A DNA stretch of 64,000 bases from Polyangiales bacterium (GTDB taxonomy: Bacteria; Myxococcota_A; Polyangia; Polyangiales; Houyiibacteriaceae): NCBI GenBank assembly GCA_045106895.1, contig JBGCFM010000157.1, forward strand, positions 4,151 to 68,150. The letters are read 5' to 3'. Positions within the stretch are counted from its first letter, which is position 1. Each line of letters starts with the position of its first letter. A program made the translations under genes and the position numbers. A model generated the notes under the pieces. The model was not told where the DNA came from, searched no databases, and saw only the letters and a program-made list of their open reading frames with translations. Shown in pieces: positions 9,281 through 18,665 of the stretch.

Positions 9281-10045
9281 TTATTCACTGCTCCGCGCAA
9301 CGGCGAAGGTTCGAGGGATTTCTTGCAGTCGTTCTGCTTCTGCGCGTAGCCGCGCGGATTCACGCGTGAGCGAAGCTCTCGCCGCCTCAAGCTTTGAGTC
9401 GATCTCGACCTTTTGGCTCACGATGGTGGCGGTCTCCTGTTGGAGCGTCGTCTCCAGCTCCATGATCTTCTCGCGAATCGTCGCCGTGGCTTGGGCCAGG
9501 TACTCGTCGCGCCGAGTCTTCTCTGCGGTCGATTCCGCGTCGAGGGCTTGGACTTGGCCTTCGAGCGTGCGCGTGTGATTGGACAGCGCTTGAATCTTGC
9601 GTTCCGCGTCGAGAACCGCGTCTGCCACGGTCCACTCTTCGTCGGCGGCGTCCATGGCGATGACGGCGGTCTTCCGAGTGACAGCGTCCATCGCCTTGAG
9701 GCCGTCGAGGACCCGAAGAAGCTTCTCGGCGGAGTAAGAGGCTTCGGGTGTGCCTGCCGCGGAGTAGATAGTTGCGAAGTCGGCCCCTTCGACGATGGCC
9801 TCCGAAGCGCTGGCGCTTGGGGCGCTGGCTACAGGCGCCGCGCGTCGCGGGCTAGGGGCAGCTGCCGGGGCCTTTCGTGGTGGCGCCGCAGGAGGTGGAG
9901 CCTGCTGTGCGCCCTCGGACGCGAGGATCGCATCGATCTCGTCCATGCTGAGTTCTTTGCCGCCGCTTTCGGCGACCTCTTTGGACTCATCTTCGGAGAG
10001 AGAAACCAGACCGATTTTGGACATCGCCTTGAGGAACTTCGACAT
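9281..10045 (-). CDS. Hypothetical protein: N-terminal amphipathic helix, Pro/Ala linker, C-terminal coiled coil
   Basis: MSKFLKAMSKIGLV amphipathic start, low-complexity linker, core FATIYSAAG..YSAEKLLRVLDGLKAMD..AMDAADEEW, then about 100 aa of coiled coil. Confidence 0.8.
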   Translation of the reverse strand: MSKFLKAMSKIGLVSLSEDESKEVAESGGKELSMDEIDAILASEGAQQAPPPAAPPRKAPAAAPSPRRAAPVASAPSASASEAIVEGADFATIYSAAGTPEASYSAEKLLRVLDGLKAMDAVTRKTAVIAMDAADEEWTVADAVLDAERKIQALSNHTRTLEGQVQALDAESTAEKTRRDEYLAQATATIREKIMELETTLQQETATIVSQKVEIDSKLEAARASLTRESARLRAEAERLQEIPRTFAVARSSE

Positions 10046-10110
10046 GCGCGGCGAGTGTCCATCGCCCGCCCCCGATGATCAAGGGTTTGTCGTCCGCCAA
10101 GGGCCGGATT

Positions 10111-11319
10111 TTAGCGGATCTCGAAGTGGAGGCGGCTATCCTCGCCAAGCTTGAGAACGCCACTTTCGGCGCTCATTCCCCAATTTGTCGACCAGAGGAG
10201 CGTTTCGCGCTCAGGGCCTGTGAACGCGACAATAATAGGGGAAGCGGTCTCCTCCAGGAGCATGCTCGTCGCGTGACGAAGGCCGTCATCAGGAAGTGGG
10301 TAGACCGCGGCGAGAAAGGGGCGGCCCTGAGCTTGGCCGTGAAATACCCAGACTTCGTCGCCTCGCGAAGGGGACCAGGACATGGCGGCGGGGGCGAGTT
10401 CCCAGCCGTTGAGGGCGGCGATGCCTTCCTCGCCAAGGCGTTCCAGCTGCCGTTCTGGGTTGGTGGGCTCAAAGGTGCTGGCGAACTCGGCGAGCTCGGG
10501 AACCCGTCTCAGGAGGGCCTGAATTCCGGCACGGTCCAGCTCGAGGGGGCGAAAACGTGAGTGATCCCGCTCCACCGGGTAAGTGGCGCTTGTTGCCTCG
10601 CCGAGGCAGCAGCGGAAGCTCAGGTGCCGGCTTTGCGTGGAGGCGTCGGTTCCTCGACGCGCGTTGCAGCGTCGAAGTTCCGGCTCCTGGTCACCGCCGG
10701 CGCCGCGGAAGACGGCGCCTTCTTCGGCGGTTCCGGCGAGGTCACGGGTTGGGGTGCTCGACGTCCATTCGCCGTACGCACCGAGACCGCGCACGCCAAA
10801 GGCACTCTGGGCGGTGGGGTCGAAGTTCTCTCCGCCTGCGAAGGTCTCCGAGGCGGGCCCTTCACACGCGCGTTCCCATTCAAGCTCCGTGCACAGGCGC
10901 TTTCCGGCCTCTTCACACATCTCCGCCGCCTGAGCGCGCGTCACATTGACTTGCGGCGTGTCTCCGCCGAAAGGTTCCACGTCCATGCGGAAGGCGGGGA
11001 GCTCGACGGGAATGGCGTCAGCTTCCGAGCGCGGGACTCGGTTCATCGAGCCGGGGAGGCTGCCTGCCACGACAATGCCCGCCGGGATCCGCGCCATTCC
11101 GTCTTCGATGACCGGTTCAAAGGGGATGATGGGCGTAACCTCCGCAGGGGCCTCCACGACCGGCGTCGCCTCCGGGGTCTCGAGGGGCGCTTCCACCGAC
11201 GGAACATCGATGCCGACGTCGACGCCTTCGCTCCCCACGGCGTCCCCACAACCTGCGCTCAGGCAGATGGCGATGGCGAGGCTCTTTAGACGACGGGACT
11301 TGGGGGGCAAAAGCGGCAC
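10111..11319 (-). CDS. Formylglycine-generating-enzyme (FGE-sulfatase/SUMF1) domain lipoprotein
   Basis: Lipobox LSAGC; motifs KRLCTELEWERAC, AFGVRGLGAYGEWT and LSFRCC. Confidence 0.8.
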   Translation of the reverse strand: MPLLPPKSRRLKSLAIAICLSAGCGDAVGSEGVDVGIDVPSVEAPLETPEATPVVEAPAEVTPIIPFEPVIEDGMARIPAGIVVAGSLPGSMNRVPRSEADAIPVELPAFRMDVEPFGGDTPQVNVTRAQAAEMCEEAGKRLCTELEWERACEGPASETFAGGENFDPTAQSAFGVRGLGAYGEWTSSTPTRDLAGTAEEGAVFRGAGGDQEPELRRCNARRGTDASTQSRHLSFRCCLGEATSATYPVERDHSRFRPLELDRAGIQALLRRVPELAEFASTFEPTNPERQLERLGEEGIAALNGWELAPAAMSWSPSRGDEVWVFHGQAQGRPFLAAVYPLPDDGLRHATSMLLEETASPIIVAFTGPERETLLWSTNWGMSAESGVLKLGEDSRLHFEIR

Positions 11320-11406
11320 CCTTGGAAGCTACCGATCCCCTCGATCTCACCCAACTTTCTTGCTTTTCCTCGCTTGAGCCCGTTTCGAAGACTATAGAGG
11401 CGGCGT

Positions 11407-11783
11407 CAGAGTAATTCGGGAGGCCGCCGGCGGCGTTTGTCGCGGGAGGAAAGTCCGAGCACCAAAGGGCAGGGTGCCAGGTAACGCCTGGTGGGGGTGA
11501 CCCCGAGGACAGTGCCACAGAAAGGAAACCGCCTGGCTCCGCATTTGCGGCGCTGGGTAAGGCTGAAAGGGTGAGGTAAGAGCTCACCGGGCCTTCGGTA
11601 ACGAAGGTCGCAATGCAAACCCCACTCGGTGCAAGATGAAATAGGGAAGCGTTTGAGGGCGGCCCGCCCGATGCTTCCGGGTTGCATCGCTCAAGGAGCG
11701 TGGTGACACGTTCCGTAGATGAATGGTCTCCACTGACGTTTGGCGACAGGCGTTAGTACAGAACTCGGCTTATGAATGCTCTG
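11407..11783 (+). ncRNA. rnpB: RNase P RNA (bacterial type A)
   Basis: Universal elements GAGGAAAGTCCGAGC, AGTGCCACAGAAA, GGTAAGAGC, GCAAACCCCACTCGGTGCAAG, TAGATGAATG and ACAGAACTCGGCTTA. The 5' CAGAGTAATTC pairs with the 3' GAATGCTCTG (P1). Confidence 0.97.
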
Positions 11784-11893
11784 GCCATGGCTCCTCGGTT
11801 CGCTGAGGGGCCATGTTTAATTCCGGGCGGCGGGAAGGACTCAAAACGGAACGGCGCGTTGACAGCTCCGAGAGCAGGGGAGACAACCCTGGC

Positions 11894-13369
11894 ATGCCCA
11901 GAAGGTGCGGCGGCTCCCTTAGACACTTGCGCGCGATCGCCGTGCTGAGCGTGCTTTGGGCGTTGCCGGCACTCGCGCAGACCTGGACGTCTTCTCAAGA
12001 GGAAGAGAACCGGCCGAGCGATGAGACGCCGGGTCGTTCCCACTATCGCGTGGATTCAAACTCGACCTTCGTGGCCTACATGATCCGTTCGCCGCTCGCG
12101 CCTGTATCCCTTGAGGAGCGGCGATTCGTGGAGTGGCTCTCGGTGGATCACATCTACGACGTTGGAGAACGGAACGCGGAAGGTCGTACCCGTTGGCGTC
12201 TGCACACGCGGGGTCAGTTGCGAATCGACCAGGAGTTTGGGCGCGATTGCACGCGCGTCGACGACACCTGCTACCTCGGGACCAGCGACGACGCGCCTCG
12301 GACGTACCAAGTCCTGACGCGAAGGACACGATTGGATGTCCCCGGTCTCTCGCTGACCGCCGAGGGGCCGAACGCGACGAGCGTCGGTGTCGGGCGCCAG
12401 ACCATCTTTGACGGCGCGGGGTTTGTCCGTGTCGATGGCGTCCGAATCGCGAGCACGCCGAACCGTTTCGTGAACATCGAGATCTTCGGCGGCCTCCAGG
12501 TCGTCGGGACAAGCGTCGCAGGGAGCTCCGGATATTCGTCTCAGGGGACGCTCCGGCTACCGCTCCCGCAGACGTTATCACCACGAGATTCTTTGATCGT
12601 CGCACCGGAGTCCGCGGTGGAGGTCTATGGCGGCCACCTGCGTGTCGGCGACGCTCGCTACCTGCGCGCTGAACTTCTTTTCCGCGAGACACGCGACGGT
12701 TCGGGCCTGGTGGCGCGCCGCGTCGGCGGCGGCCTCCTGAGTCGTCCCTTGCCAATGCTGACTCTCCGCGCGCGCGTGCTTCACGACCCGGCGCTTCGCC
12801 GCATCGTGGACGCTCTCGGCGAAGCGGCCCTCACGCTGAAGGCGACGTCGCTTCGTGTGCGGGTCTTCCACCACGAGCCGACCTTCGACCTCGGCAGCAT
12901 CTGGGCGTACTTCGACATCATCCCGGTTCAGCAGGTGGAGCTCGTCGCGACGCAGACCCTCGGACCTGTCCAACTTCACGGGGCCCTCCGCGGACGTCGA
13001 GCCATCAGCGACAAGACGGAACGCGACGTGGGCGGCGAACTCGGCGCTCAGGTTCGTCTCGGGGCCTGGCGATTGGCCGCCAGCGGCTGGTTCTGGGCCG
13101 GCGATTTGACGCCGGTCGCTTTTGCCCGCGCAGATGTGCGCCGCGCGATTCGTGACCGCGGAGAGGTGGGTATTCGCGCTTCGCTGTGGCGCTTCACGGA
13201 CCCGTTTCGAGCGCAGCTCTATGCGAGCTCGTTCTCCGCGACGCTCTACGGAGGCTATCGTCTCACGGAGTACGCGCAGGTTCGCGGCGAGTTCGAGTAT
13301 GGATACAACCGAATCGTGAGCAGCCGCCTTCGAGGTCTCGTTTCTTTGCGTGTGAGGTTATGGCGATGA
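11894..13369 (+). CDS. Putative outer-membrane beta-barrel protein coupled to a multiheme cytochrome
   Basis: Signal peptide ending ALPALA; alternating hydrophobic beta-strand pattern throughout the C-terminal half; C-terminal VSLRVRLWR resembles a beta-signal; ATGA overlap with the cytochrome gene. Confidence 0.65.
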   Translation: MPRRCGGSLRHLRAIAVLSVLWALPALAQTWTSSQEEENRPSDETPGRSHYRVDSNSTFVAYMIRSPLAPVSLEERRFVEWLSVDHIYDVGERNAEGRTRWRLHTRGQLRIDQEFGRDCTRVDDTCYLGTSDDAPRTYQVLTRRTRLDVPGLSLTAEGPNATSVGVGRQTIFDGAGFVRVDGVRIASTPNRFVNIEIFGGLQVVGTSVAGSSGYSSQGTLRLPLPQTLSPRDSLIVAPESAVEVYGGHLRVGDARYLRAELLFRETRDGSGLVARRVGGGLLSRPLPMLTLRARVLHDPALRRIVDALGEAALTLKATSLRVRVFHHEPTFDLGSIWAYFDIIPVQQVELVATQTLGPVQLHGALRGRRAISDKTERDVGGELGAQVRLGAWRLAASGWFWAGDLTPVAFARADVRRAIRDRGEVGIRASLWRFTDPFRAQLYASSFSATLYGGYRLTEYAQVRGEFEYGYNRIVSSRLRGLVSLRVRLWR

Positions 13370-14517
13370 AGTGGAGCCATCTGAAGTGGACGCATGGACT
13401 CCTCGTCGCGTTCCTGCTCATCGCCATCGGCGCGAGCCTGCAGGAAGAGCCGACACATGCCGACGTCGCCGAGACGCTCCGTGGCACGACGGTTTACCCG
13501 CCCCAAGAGCTCGCCGTGAAGATGAACCACGAGCTGCCGGCGCATGCTTCGCTTCGATGCGAGCGATGTCATGTCGGCGCGACGGACTCCACGCTCGCCT
13601 CCGACCGCCTCTTGCCGACGGAGGCGAGCTGCGCTCCGTGTCATGATGCGCAAACTCAGCGCCCTGGCGGCGAATGCAGCTTCTGTCACTTGGGCGAGCC
13701 TCGCGCGTCACGCGTCCCGACGGCGCGGCTGCACTTTTCCCACGAAACCCACGCGCAAACGGGTGTGCCGTGTCTGAGCTGCCACCAGGTTCAGCGCACG
13801 GAGCTTGCGACGCGCCAGCATCTCCCGACAATGCAGTCCTGTTTTCGATGCCACGGCGGGGATGGCGTTGGTCGCCAAGTGCCCGGCGCATCGAGCGAGT
13901 GCTCCACCTGTCATTTGCAGCAAGGGGGGGTCTTGAGAACGGAGTTCGGCGAGGCGCGGATGCTCCCTCCGGCGTGGCTCTTCAACATGGAACATGACCG
14001 TGATTTTCTCGTGCGGCATCGCTGGGTCGCCGCGGACAACGGTGAAATGTGCACCGAATGCCACCACGAGAACGAGTGTGCCGATTGCCATGACGGACGT
14101 ACGCGGCCGCCGAGCGTGCACCCGAACGACTTCCTGACGGTTCATGGTCCGATGGCTCGCCGCGACGACACACGCTGTGCGAGCTGCCACACGGTGCAGC
14201 GCTTCTGCGCGGAGTGCCACGCGCGTCTAGGGCTCTCACCCATGGCCGCGCCTATCGCTGCGCCTGCAGGAGGATTTCATCCACCTGGGTGGATCGAAAA
14301 CCCGAGTGGACACGCCATGGAAGCACGACGTTCGATGAACACTTGCACGAGCTGCCACGCTGAGCGCGACTGCGTCGTGTGCCACGGAGCGTCTGGGGTC
14401 GGCGGCGGTGTCAGTCCACACGGTCCAAGTTTTGCGCCGCGCTGCGAGTCGCTTCGATCGTCGAACCCACGAGCCTGCCAGACGTGCCACGGCGGCGCCG
14501 TACCCCAGTGCCCATAA
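13366..14517 (+). CDS. Periplasmic multiheme cytochrome c (13 CXXCH motifs)
   Basis: Counted CERCH, CAPCH, CSFCH, CLSCH, CFRCH, CSTCH, CTECH, CADCH, CASCH, CAECH, CTSCH, CVVCH, CQTCH. N-terminal hydrophobic signal; many extra His as likely distal ligands (FSHETH). Confidence 0.93.
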   Translation: MKWSHLKWTHGLLVAFLLIAIGASLQEEPTHADVAETLRGTTVYPPQELAVKMNHELPAHASLRCERCHVGATDSTLASDRLLPTEASCAPCHDAQTQRPGGECSFCHLGEPRASRVPTARLHFSHETHAQTGVPCLSCHQVQRTELATRQHLPTMQSCFRCHGGDGVGRQVPGASSECSTCHLQQGGVLRTEFGEARMLPPAWLFNMEHDRDFLVRHRWVAADNGEMCTECHHENECADCHDGRTRPPSVHPNDFLTVHGPMARRDDTRCASCHTVQRFCAECHARLGLSPMAAPIAAPAGGFHPPGWIENPSGHAMEARRSMNTCTSCHAERDCVVCHGASGVGGGVSPHGPSFAPRCESLRSSNPRACQTCHGGAVPQCP

Positions 14518-14564
14518 ACGCGAGAAGCGTCCGTGTATTCGTTCACGGGTTCGCGCGCGCCAAC

Positions 14565-15773
14565 TCACGCCATCGTCTTTAGGCTTGCGTTTCGCCGCAA
14601 AAATAGCCGCCGTATCGCCTCGCTGGGTGCCAACGAGAGCGCGACGCGTCGGTGCTCTTGGGCCTCACGATGACGACCGGCGCGTTCACACAAATCACTG
14701 AGCGCTGCCGTCCAATAAAACGAGTCCGTGACCTTCTTCGGCTCGAACGACTCAAGCAAGTCGAGCCCTGCTTTGGGGCCCTTCCATTCGGCCATCGCGA
14801 TGGCGCGGTTGAGTCGATGAAGGGGCGAGGGAGAGAACTTCTCGAGGGTCTCGTAACAGCTCACCACCCGGTCCCAACGGGTCTCCGCGTAGCTTGGCGC
14901 CATGCAGTGCTCGGCGGCGACGCCGGCTTCCGCGTGATAGCGGGAGAAGTCGTCACCCGCGGCCGAGAGCGCAAGCCACTCAAGACCTATGGCGATGGCT
15001 TGGCGGTCCCATGCGTGGCGCTCTTGTTCCTCGAGTAAAAGGAGCTGTCCCATCGCTTGGCGTCCGGGGCTCCGCGCCAGATGAAAGTGCATCAACGCCA
15101 CGAGGGCCGCCGAGCGAGGGCCTTTGCCGCGCGGATGGCGAGCGACCACAAGCGCTAGCCGGAGTGCATCGCGGCCGAGTTCGTCGCGGATGGCGGGACC
15201 TGCTTGAAGTGAGAGGTGCGCCTCCGTGAAGAGGAGGTAGAGGACACGAAGCACTGAGTGGAGTCGGCCTGCGCCACCTGCGAGGGGGTCCGTTCTTATT
15301 TTGCGAAGCCGTTCTCGCGCGCGTAGCAGGCGTTTGTAGACGTTGGCTTCGGTCAAGAACAGCCGTTGGGCAATTTCAGCGACGCTGAATCCACACAGCG
15401 TCCTCAACGCCAGTACAATCTGTGCCTCCGGCGGCAGACCTTCGTCGCAGCAAACGAAGAGCATTCGGAGCAGGTCGTCTTGGACTTCGTTCTCGAAGGA
15501 CGCCTCGGGCGGCGCCGTGGATTCTTCCCGCGCTGCCGCTTCAGGGGTACGCCGCAGACGACCGGCAATCTCGCGATAGGCCACCCGATAGAGCCAAGCG
15601 GACGCGTCGTCGGGTTCTCCTCGGCGTGGCCACGTCTCGACGGCGCGCATCATCGCGGTCTGTACGGCATCTTCGACGAGCTCGAGGTGCGGGTGTCCGA
15701 CTCGCCGCGTCAGAGATGCGACGAGTCGACCGTACTCGTGCCGAAAGAAGTGCTCGACGCGAGCGCAGCTCAA
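14565..15773 (-). CDS. ECF sigma factor with C-terminal TPR-like extension (ECF42-type)
   Basis: Region 2 EDAVQTA..W...AWLYRVA, DDLLRMLFVCC, region 4 LRTLCGFSVAEIA, and a long helical extension (LLEEQERHAWDR, YHAEAGVAAEH, LNRAIA). Lies directly downstream of a DGPF gene. Confidence 0.88.
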   Translation of the reverse strand: MSCARVEHFFRHEYGRLVASLTRRVGHPHLELVEDAVQTAMMRAVETWPRRGEPDDASAWLYRVAYREIAGRLRRTPEAAAREESTAPPEASFENEVQDDLLRMLFVCCDEGLPPEAQIVLALRTLCGFSVAEIAQRLFLTEANVYKRLLRARERLRKIRTDPLAGGAGRLHSVLRVLYLLFTEAHLSLQAGPAIRDELGRDALRLALVVARHPRGKGPRSAALVALMHFHLARSPGRQAMGQLLLLEEQERHAWDRQAIAIGLEWLALSAAGDDFSRYHAEAGVAAEHCMAPSYAETRWDRVVSCYETLEKFSPSPLHRLNRAIAMAEWKGPKAGLDLLESFEPKKVTDSFYWTAALSDLCERAGRHREAQEHRRVALSLAPSEAIRRLFLRRNASLKTMA

Positions 15774-16120
15774 GGCGTGTGGATTTCTCGAACCCAGACG
15801 CCGGAGCGCTCGCTCACCAGGCCAGGCACACCACGTGCGACCTCCACGGCCTCTTCAAGCGTCTCCGCCTGCACGATCATGTAGCCGCCGATGATCTCTT
15901 TTGCTTCCACAAAAGGGCCATCGCTCAGGCCTTCGGCGCGGACGAGTTTTCCGTCGCCGAGCTTGCCGCCCATATCCACGATGTTGTCTTTGAACTTCTC
16001 CTGCCACGCTTGAAACGCGGCGTACATCGCCTGCATCTCTGTGGGAGATGGTTTGGCCTTCGAGGGTCCCGCTTCTTCACTTTTAGGTTCGCTTCGTTGC
16101 ATGCATAGGTACTTCGGCAT
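15770..16120 (-). CDS. YciI/DGPF-domain protein
   Basis: SDGPFVEAKEIIGGY motif; GGAGA SD before the ATG at 16120. Confidence 0.9.
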   Translation of the reverse strand: MPKYLCMQRSEPKSEEAGPSKAKPSPTEMQAMYAAFQAWQEKFKDNIVDMGGKLGDGKLVRAEGLSDGPFVEAKEIIGGYMIVQAETLEEAVEVARGVPGLVSERSGVWVREIHTP

Positions 16121-16198
16121 TGTCTTCTCCGTTTGAATGACTCTCACGACGCCTAGATGGGCGAGGGCGTCCGAGTTGGACACCGAGCGGAAAAAAAG

Positions 16199-17449
16199 TC
16201 AGTCGGCGGAGGCCAGTTCCGTATCCACATGCGTCGACTCTCCAATGATCTCGCCATCTTGGTCTGTCGTGGAGGACGCGACGTTTGGGTACGCGCCGCT
16301 GCCCTCGTCGACGAAGCCCTCGGCCCATGAGTCCGCGACCTGACTCCCCGGAAGGATCAAATTGTAGAGCGTGCGCAACGCACGTTCGCGCGCGCTGGTC
16401 GGGTTGCCTTGGCGCACGCTGGTTCGAGCCGTGGCGACGGTGTCGCCCAACGAAGGGTCTGCAGCACAGGCCGCGATGGAGGCGGCGAGGGAGTCGATGT
16501 CACCCGGCGTATAGAGTGAGCAGCCATGAGCGTCGGGCATCACCTCACGCAGCGCGGGCCAGTCTGGAGCGACGATCGGACGGTGACTCGCCCAAAACTC
16601 GAGGAGCGGCTCCGCCAACAGACCATGTCGCGTATAAGCGGCGTGATCGGTCACCGCGAGGACGCCCACGTCGCAATCGGCGATGAGCCTGGCGACGCTC
16701 TCTGGACGGGGATCACGTCGCACCGTGATAAACGGCGCGACGCCGGCGTTCTCGATGGCGTCCTGCACTTCCCGGCGACGAGTCGGGTCGGTTTCCCCGG
16801 CCATGAGCAGGTGAACGGGGAGGGTCGTGCGCACGCGCCGAATCGCTTCGATGAGCCCGCCGACGTCGCGCCCGGGCCCTAAATCGCCAAGAGCGAGGAG
16901 ACGAGTGAGGGAAGGCTCGGCGACGCGCTGGGGCTGCCAGTCGTAGACATCCATGTCCACGCCCGGCGGCAAGTGGTGTACCTGCGCATCCGGAGCGGCA
17001 CGGCTCGCCGCCTGGGCCGCCGCGAGGGTAGGGACCACCACGTGCGTCGCGCTCTGTAGCGCGGCCCAATGGTGTTCTTCCCAGTTCGCGCCGAGACCCT
17101 CCGTCGAGACCTCGTACACGAGGACCCCTTTGAACCCAGACGCTGCGATTGCCGGTACTGAACGGGCGTCTCGTGAATGGATGACGTCGTAGTCTTCGGA
17201 TTCAAGCTGGCGCACCACGGCGCGGAGAAAAGGCTCGGGGCCGTCTTCGGCGCGGACCCGGAAAACGCGTGCTTCGCCGAGCCGCCCCTGGTGGGCTTGC
17301 TCCGGCGATTTCAGCGTCACGATGTCGACTTCGCCGCGGAGCGCGCGGGCCATGTTGACCACGACGGGACCGTCTGGGGCGGGACCAGGGACTCGGCCCT
17401 GCGTCACAAGCAGGAATCGAACGCGGCGAGGCACCGGACCATCGTACAC
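16199..17449 (-). CDS. Glycosyltransferase family 4 (GT-B) protein
   Basis: LPPGVDMD and LLEFWASHRPIVA..YTPGDIDSLA resemble the GT4 C-terminal domain. Confidence 0.75.
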   Translation of the reverse strand: MYDGPVPRRVRFLLVTQGRVPGPAPDGPVVVNMARALRGEVDIVTLKSPEQAHQGRLGEARVFRVRAEDGPEPFLRAVVRQLESEDYDVIHSRDARSVPAIAASGFKGVLVYEVSTEGLGANWEEHHWAALQSATHVVVPTLAAAQAASRAAPDAQVHHLPPGVDMDVYDWQPQRVAEPSLTRLLALGDLGPGRDVGGLIEAIRRVRTTLPVHLLMAGETDPTRRREVQDAIENAGVAPFITVRRDPRPESVARLIADCDVGVLAVTDHAAYTRHGLLAEPLLEFWASHRPIVAPDWPALREVMPDAHGCSLYTPGDIDSLAASIAACAADPSLGDTVATARTSVRQGNPTSARERALRTLYNLILPGSQVADSWAEGFVDEGSGAYPNVASSTTDQDGEIIGESTHVDTELASAD

Positions 17450-17586
17450 GTTCAGGTGCCGCGAATCTTCGCTTTTGGCCGCGAATTGGAAACACGTTCA
17501 TTCGTTACTTGCGCCCAGCCGGCCCTCACGGCTACAACGTCGGCTTACGCCCGCTCTCTGCGGGCTCTTACTGGAGGACCGTCTGC

Positions 17587-17841
17587 GTGAATGAGCTCGC
17601 CCGCTATCTTGTTGAACATCTTGTCCTCGATTTCGACGGAGCGCTCACCATCGACGAGCTGCGTAAGTTCCTTCGGGATGAAGACAGCCGTGAAGCCCGC
17701 CACCTCTTGACCAAGCTCATTGAGGACAAGGGCGTGGACAACCTGATGGTGACCGTGGCGGATTGTCTCAAGGACCACATCCGCACCGGAATCAACGAGG
17801 CTGTCGTTCGCCAGCAGCTCAACATGTACAGCGAGTCCTAG
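17587..17841 (+). CDS. Small hypothetical protein (84 aa)
   Basis: GGAGG SD then GTG; GC3-rich codon usage; helical MNELARYLVEHLVLDFDG. Confidence 0.75.
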   Translation: MNELARYLVEHLVLDFDGALTIDELRKFLRDEDSREARHLLTKLIEDKGVDNLMVTVADCLKDHIRTGINEAVVRQQLNMYSES

Positions 17842-17862
17842 GCTCGCGTTCCTGTTCTCGGA

Positions 17863-18618
17863 GTGATTCCACCCACATTTTCGACTCGGACGCTCTTGTG
17901 TCTGGCTTTGTTGTGCGCGTGTTCACCCCTCAACCTCGACGAACCCGCGACGTTTGTGGCTTTCGGGCCTGCAACGACCGAGGTTTCTCGCCGTCCGTCG
18001 CTTGAAGTCACCTTCGATCGACCTCTGCTGCCCGAGAGTGTGAGCAGGGCGAGCGTCTCGCTGTGGTCGGGAAGCACGCGTTTCGCCCTCTCCGTCGAGC
18101 CCGACCCGACCTTGCCCGGTCTTCGAGCAAGGCGTCTGGGTGGGGCTCCTCTCGAGGCTGACATCGAGTTCGAGCTTCGCATCGATGGCGTTCGCTCACT
18201 GGATGGGCTGCCGAGCGATGCCTTCGAGGTCCTATTCCAGACAGGCGACGACCTGAGCGAGAGCACTCCCGAGGCGGTGACGTGGCCCCAAGCAAAGGCG
18301 ATTTTCGACACTCACTGCGTCGACTGTCATTCGGACCGAGACGTCCTCGACCTCTCGTCGCCGGAGGGAATTCGGACCACGGCGATCGGCGTTCCAGCAG
18401 GCCGACACCACTTTCGCTCCCCCGAACGAGGGTTGGCAGGGCTCGAGCTCATCTCCCTTCTAGGCGGTGTTGGCAGGCCCGGGTTTAGCTACCTGATGTA
18501 CACACTTATCGACGATCCCCACCTGCTCGGCGGGCCGATGCCGCCGTCTGGCGCCCTGAGCCCAGCAGAAATCCAAGTGCTGAGGGATTGGATCCGTTCC
18601 GGCGCCCCGACTGAGTAG
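17863..18618 (+). CDS. Lipoprotein with Ig-like domain and monoheme cytochrome c domain
   Basis: Lipobox LCAC; Ig-like VTFDRPLLPESV; CVDCH heme motif; C-terminal MPP..LS..EI..LRDWI..GA. Confidence 0.8.
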   Translation: MIPPTFSTRTLLCLALLCACSPLNLDEPATFVAFGPATTEVSRRPSLEVTFDRPLLPESVSRASVSLWSGSTRFALSVEPDPTLPGLRARRLGGAPLEADIEFELRIDGVRSLDGLPSDAFEVLFQTGDDLSESTPEAVTWPQAKAIFDTHCVDCHSDRDVLDLSSPEGIRTTAIGVPAGRHHFRSPERGLAGLELISLLGGVGRPGFSYLMYTLIDDPHLLGGPMPPSGALSPAEIQVLRDWIRSGAPTE

Positions 18619-18665
18619 TCATTTGGCCTTCCGCGCCGCCAGATTTGGGCTAAGCTCGCCGCCGA

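Noticed and set aside
11117-12043. Short ORFs overlapping 11400-11790
   Set aside because: The region is RNase P RNA; the ORFs are incidental.
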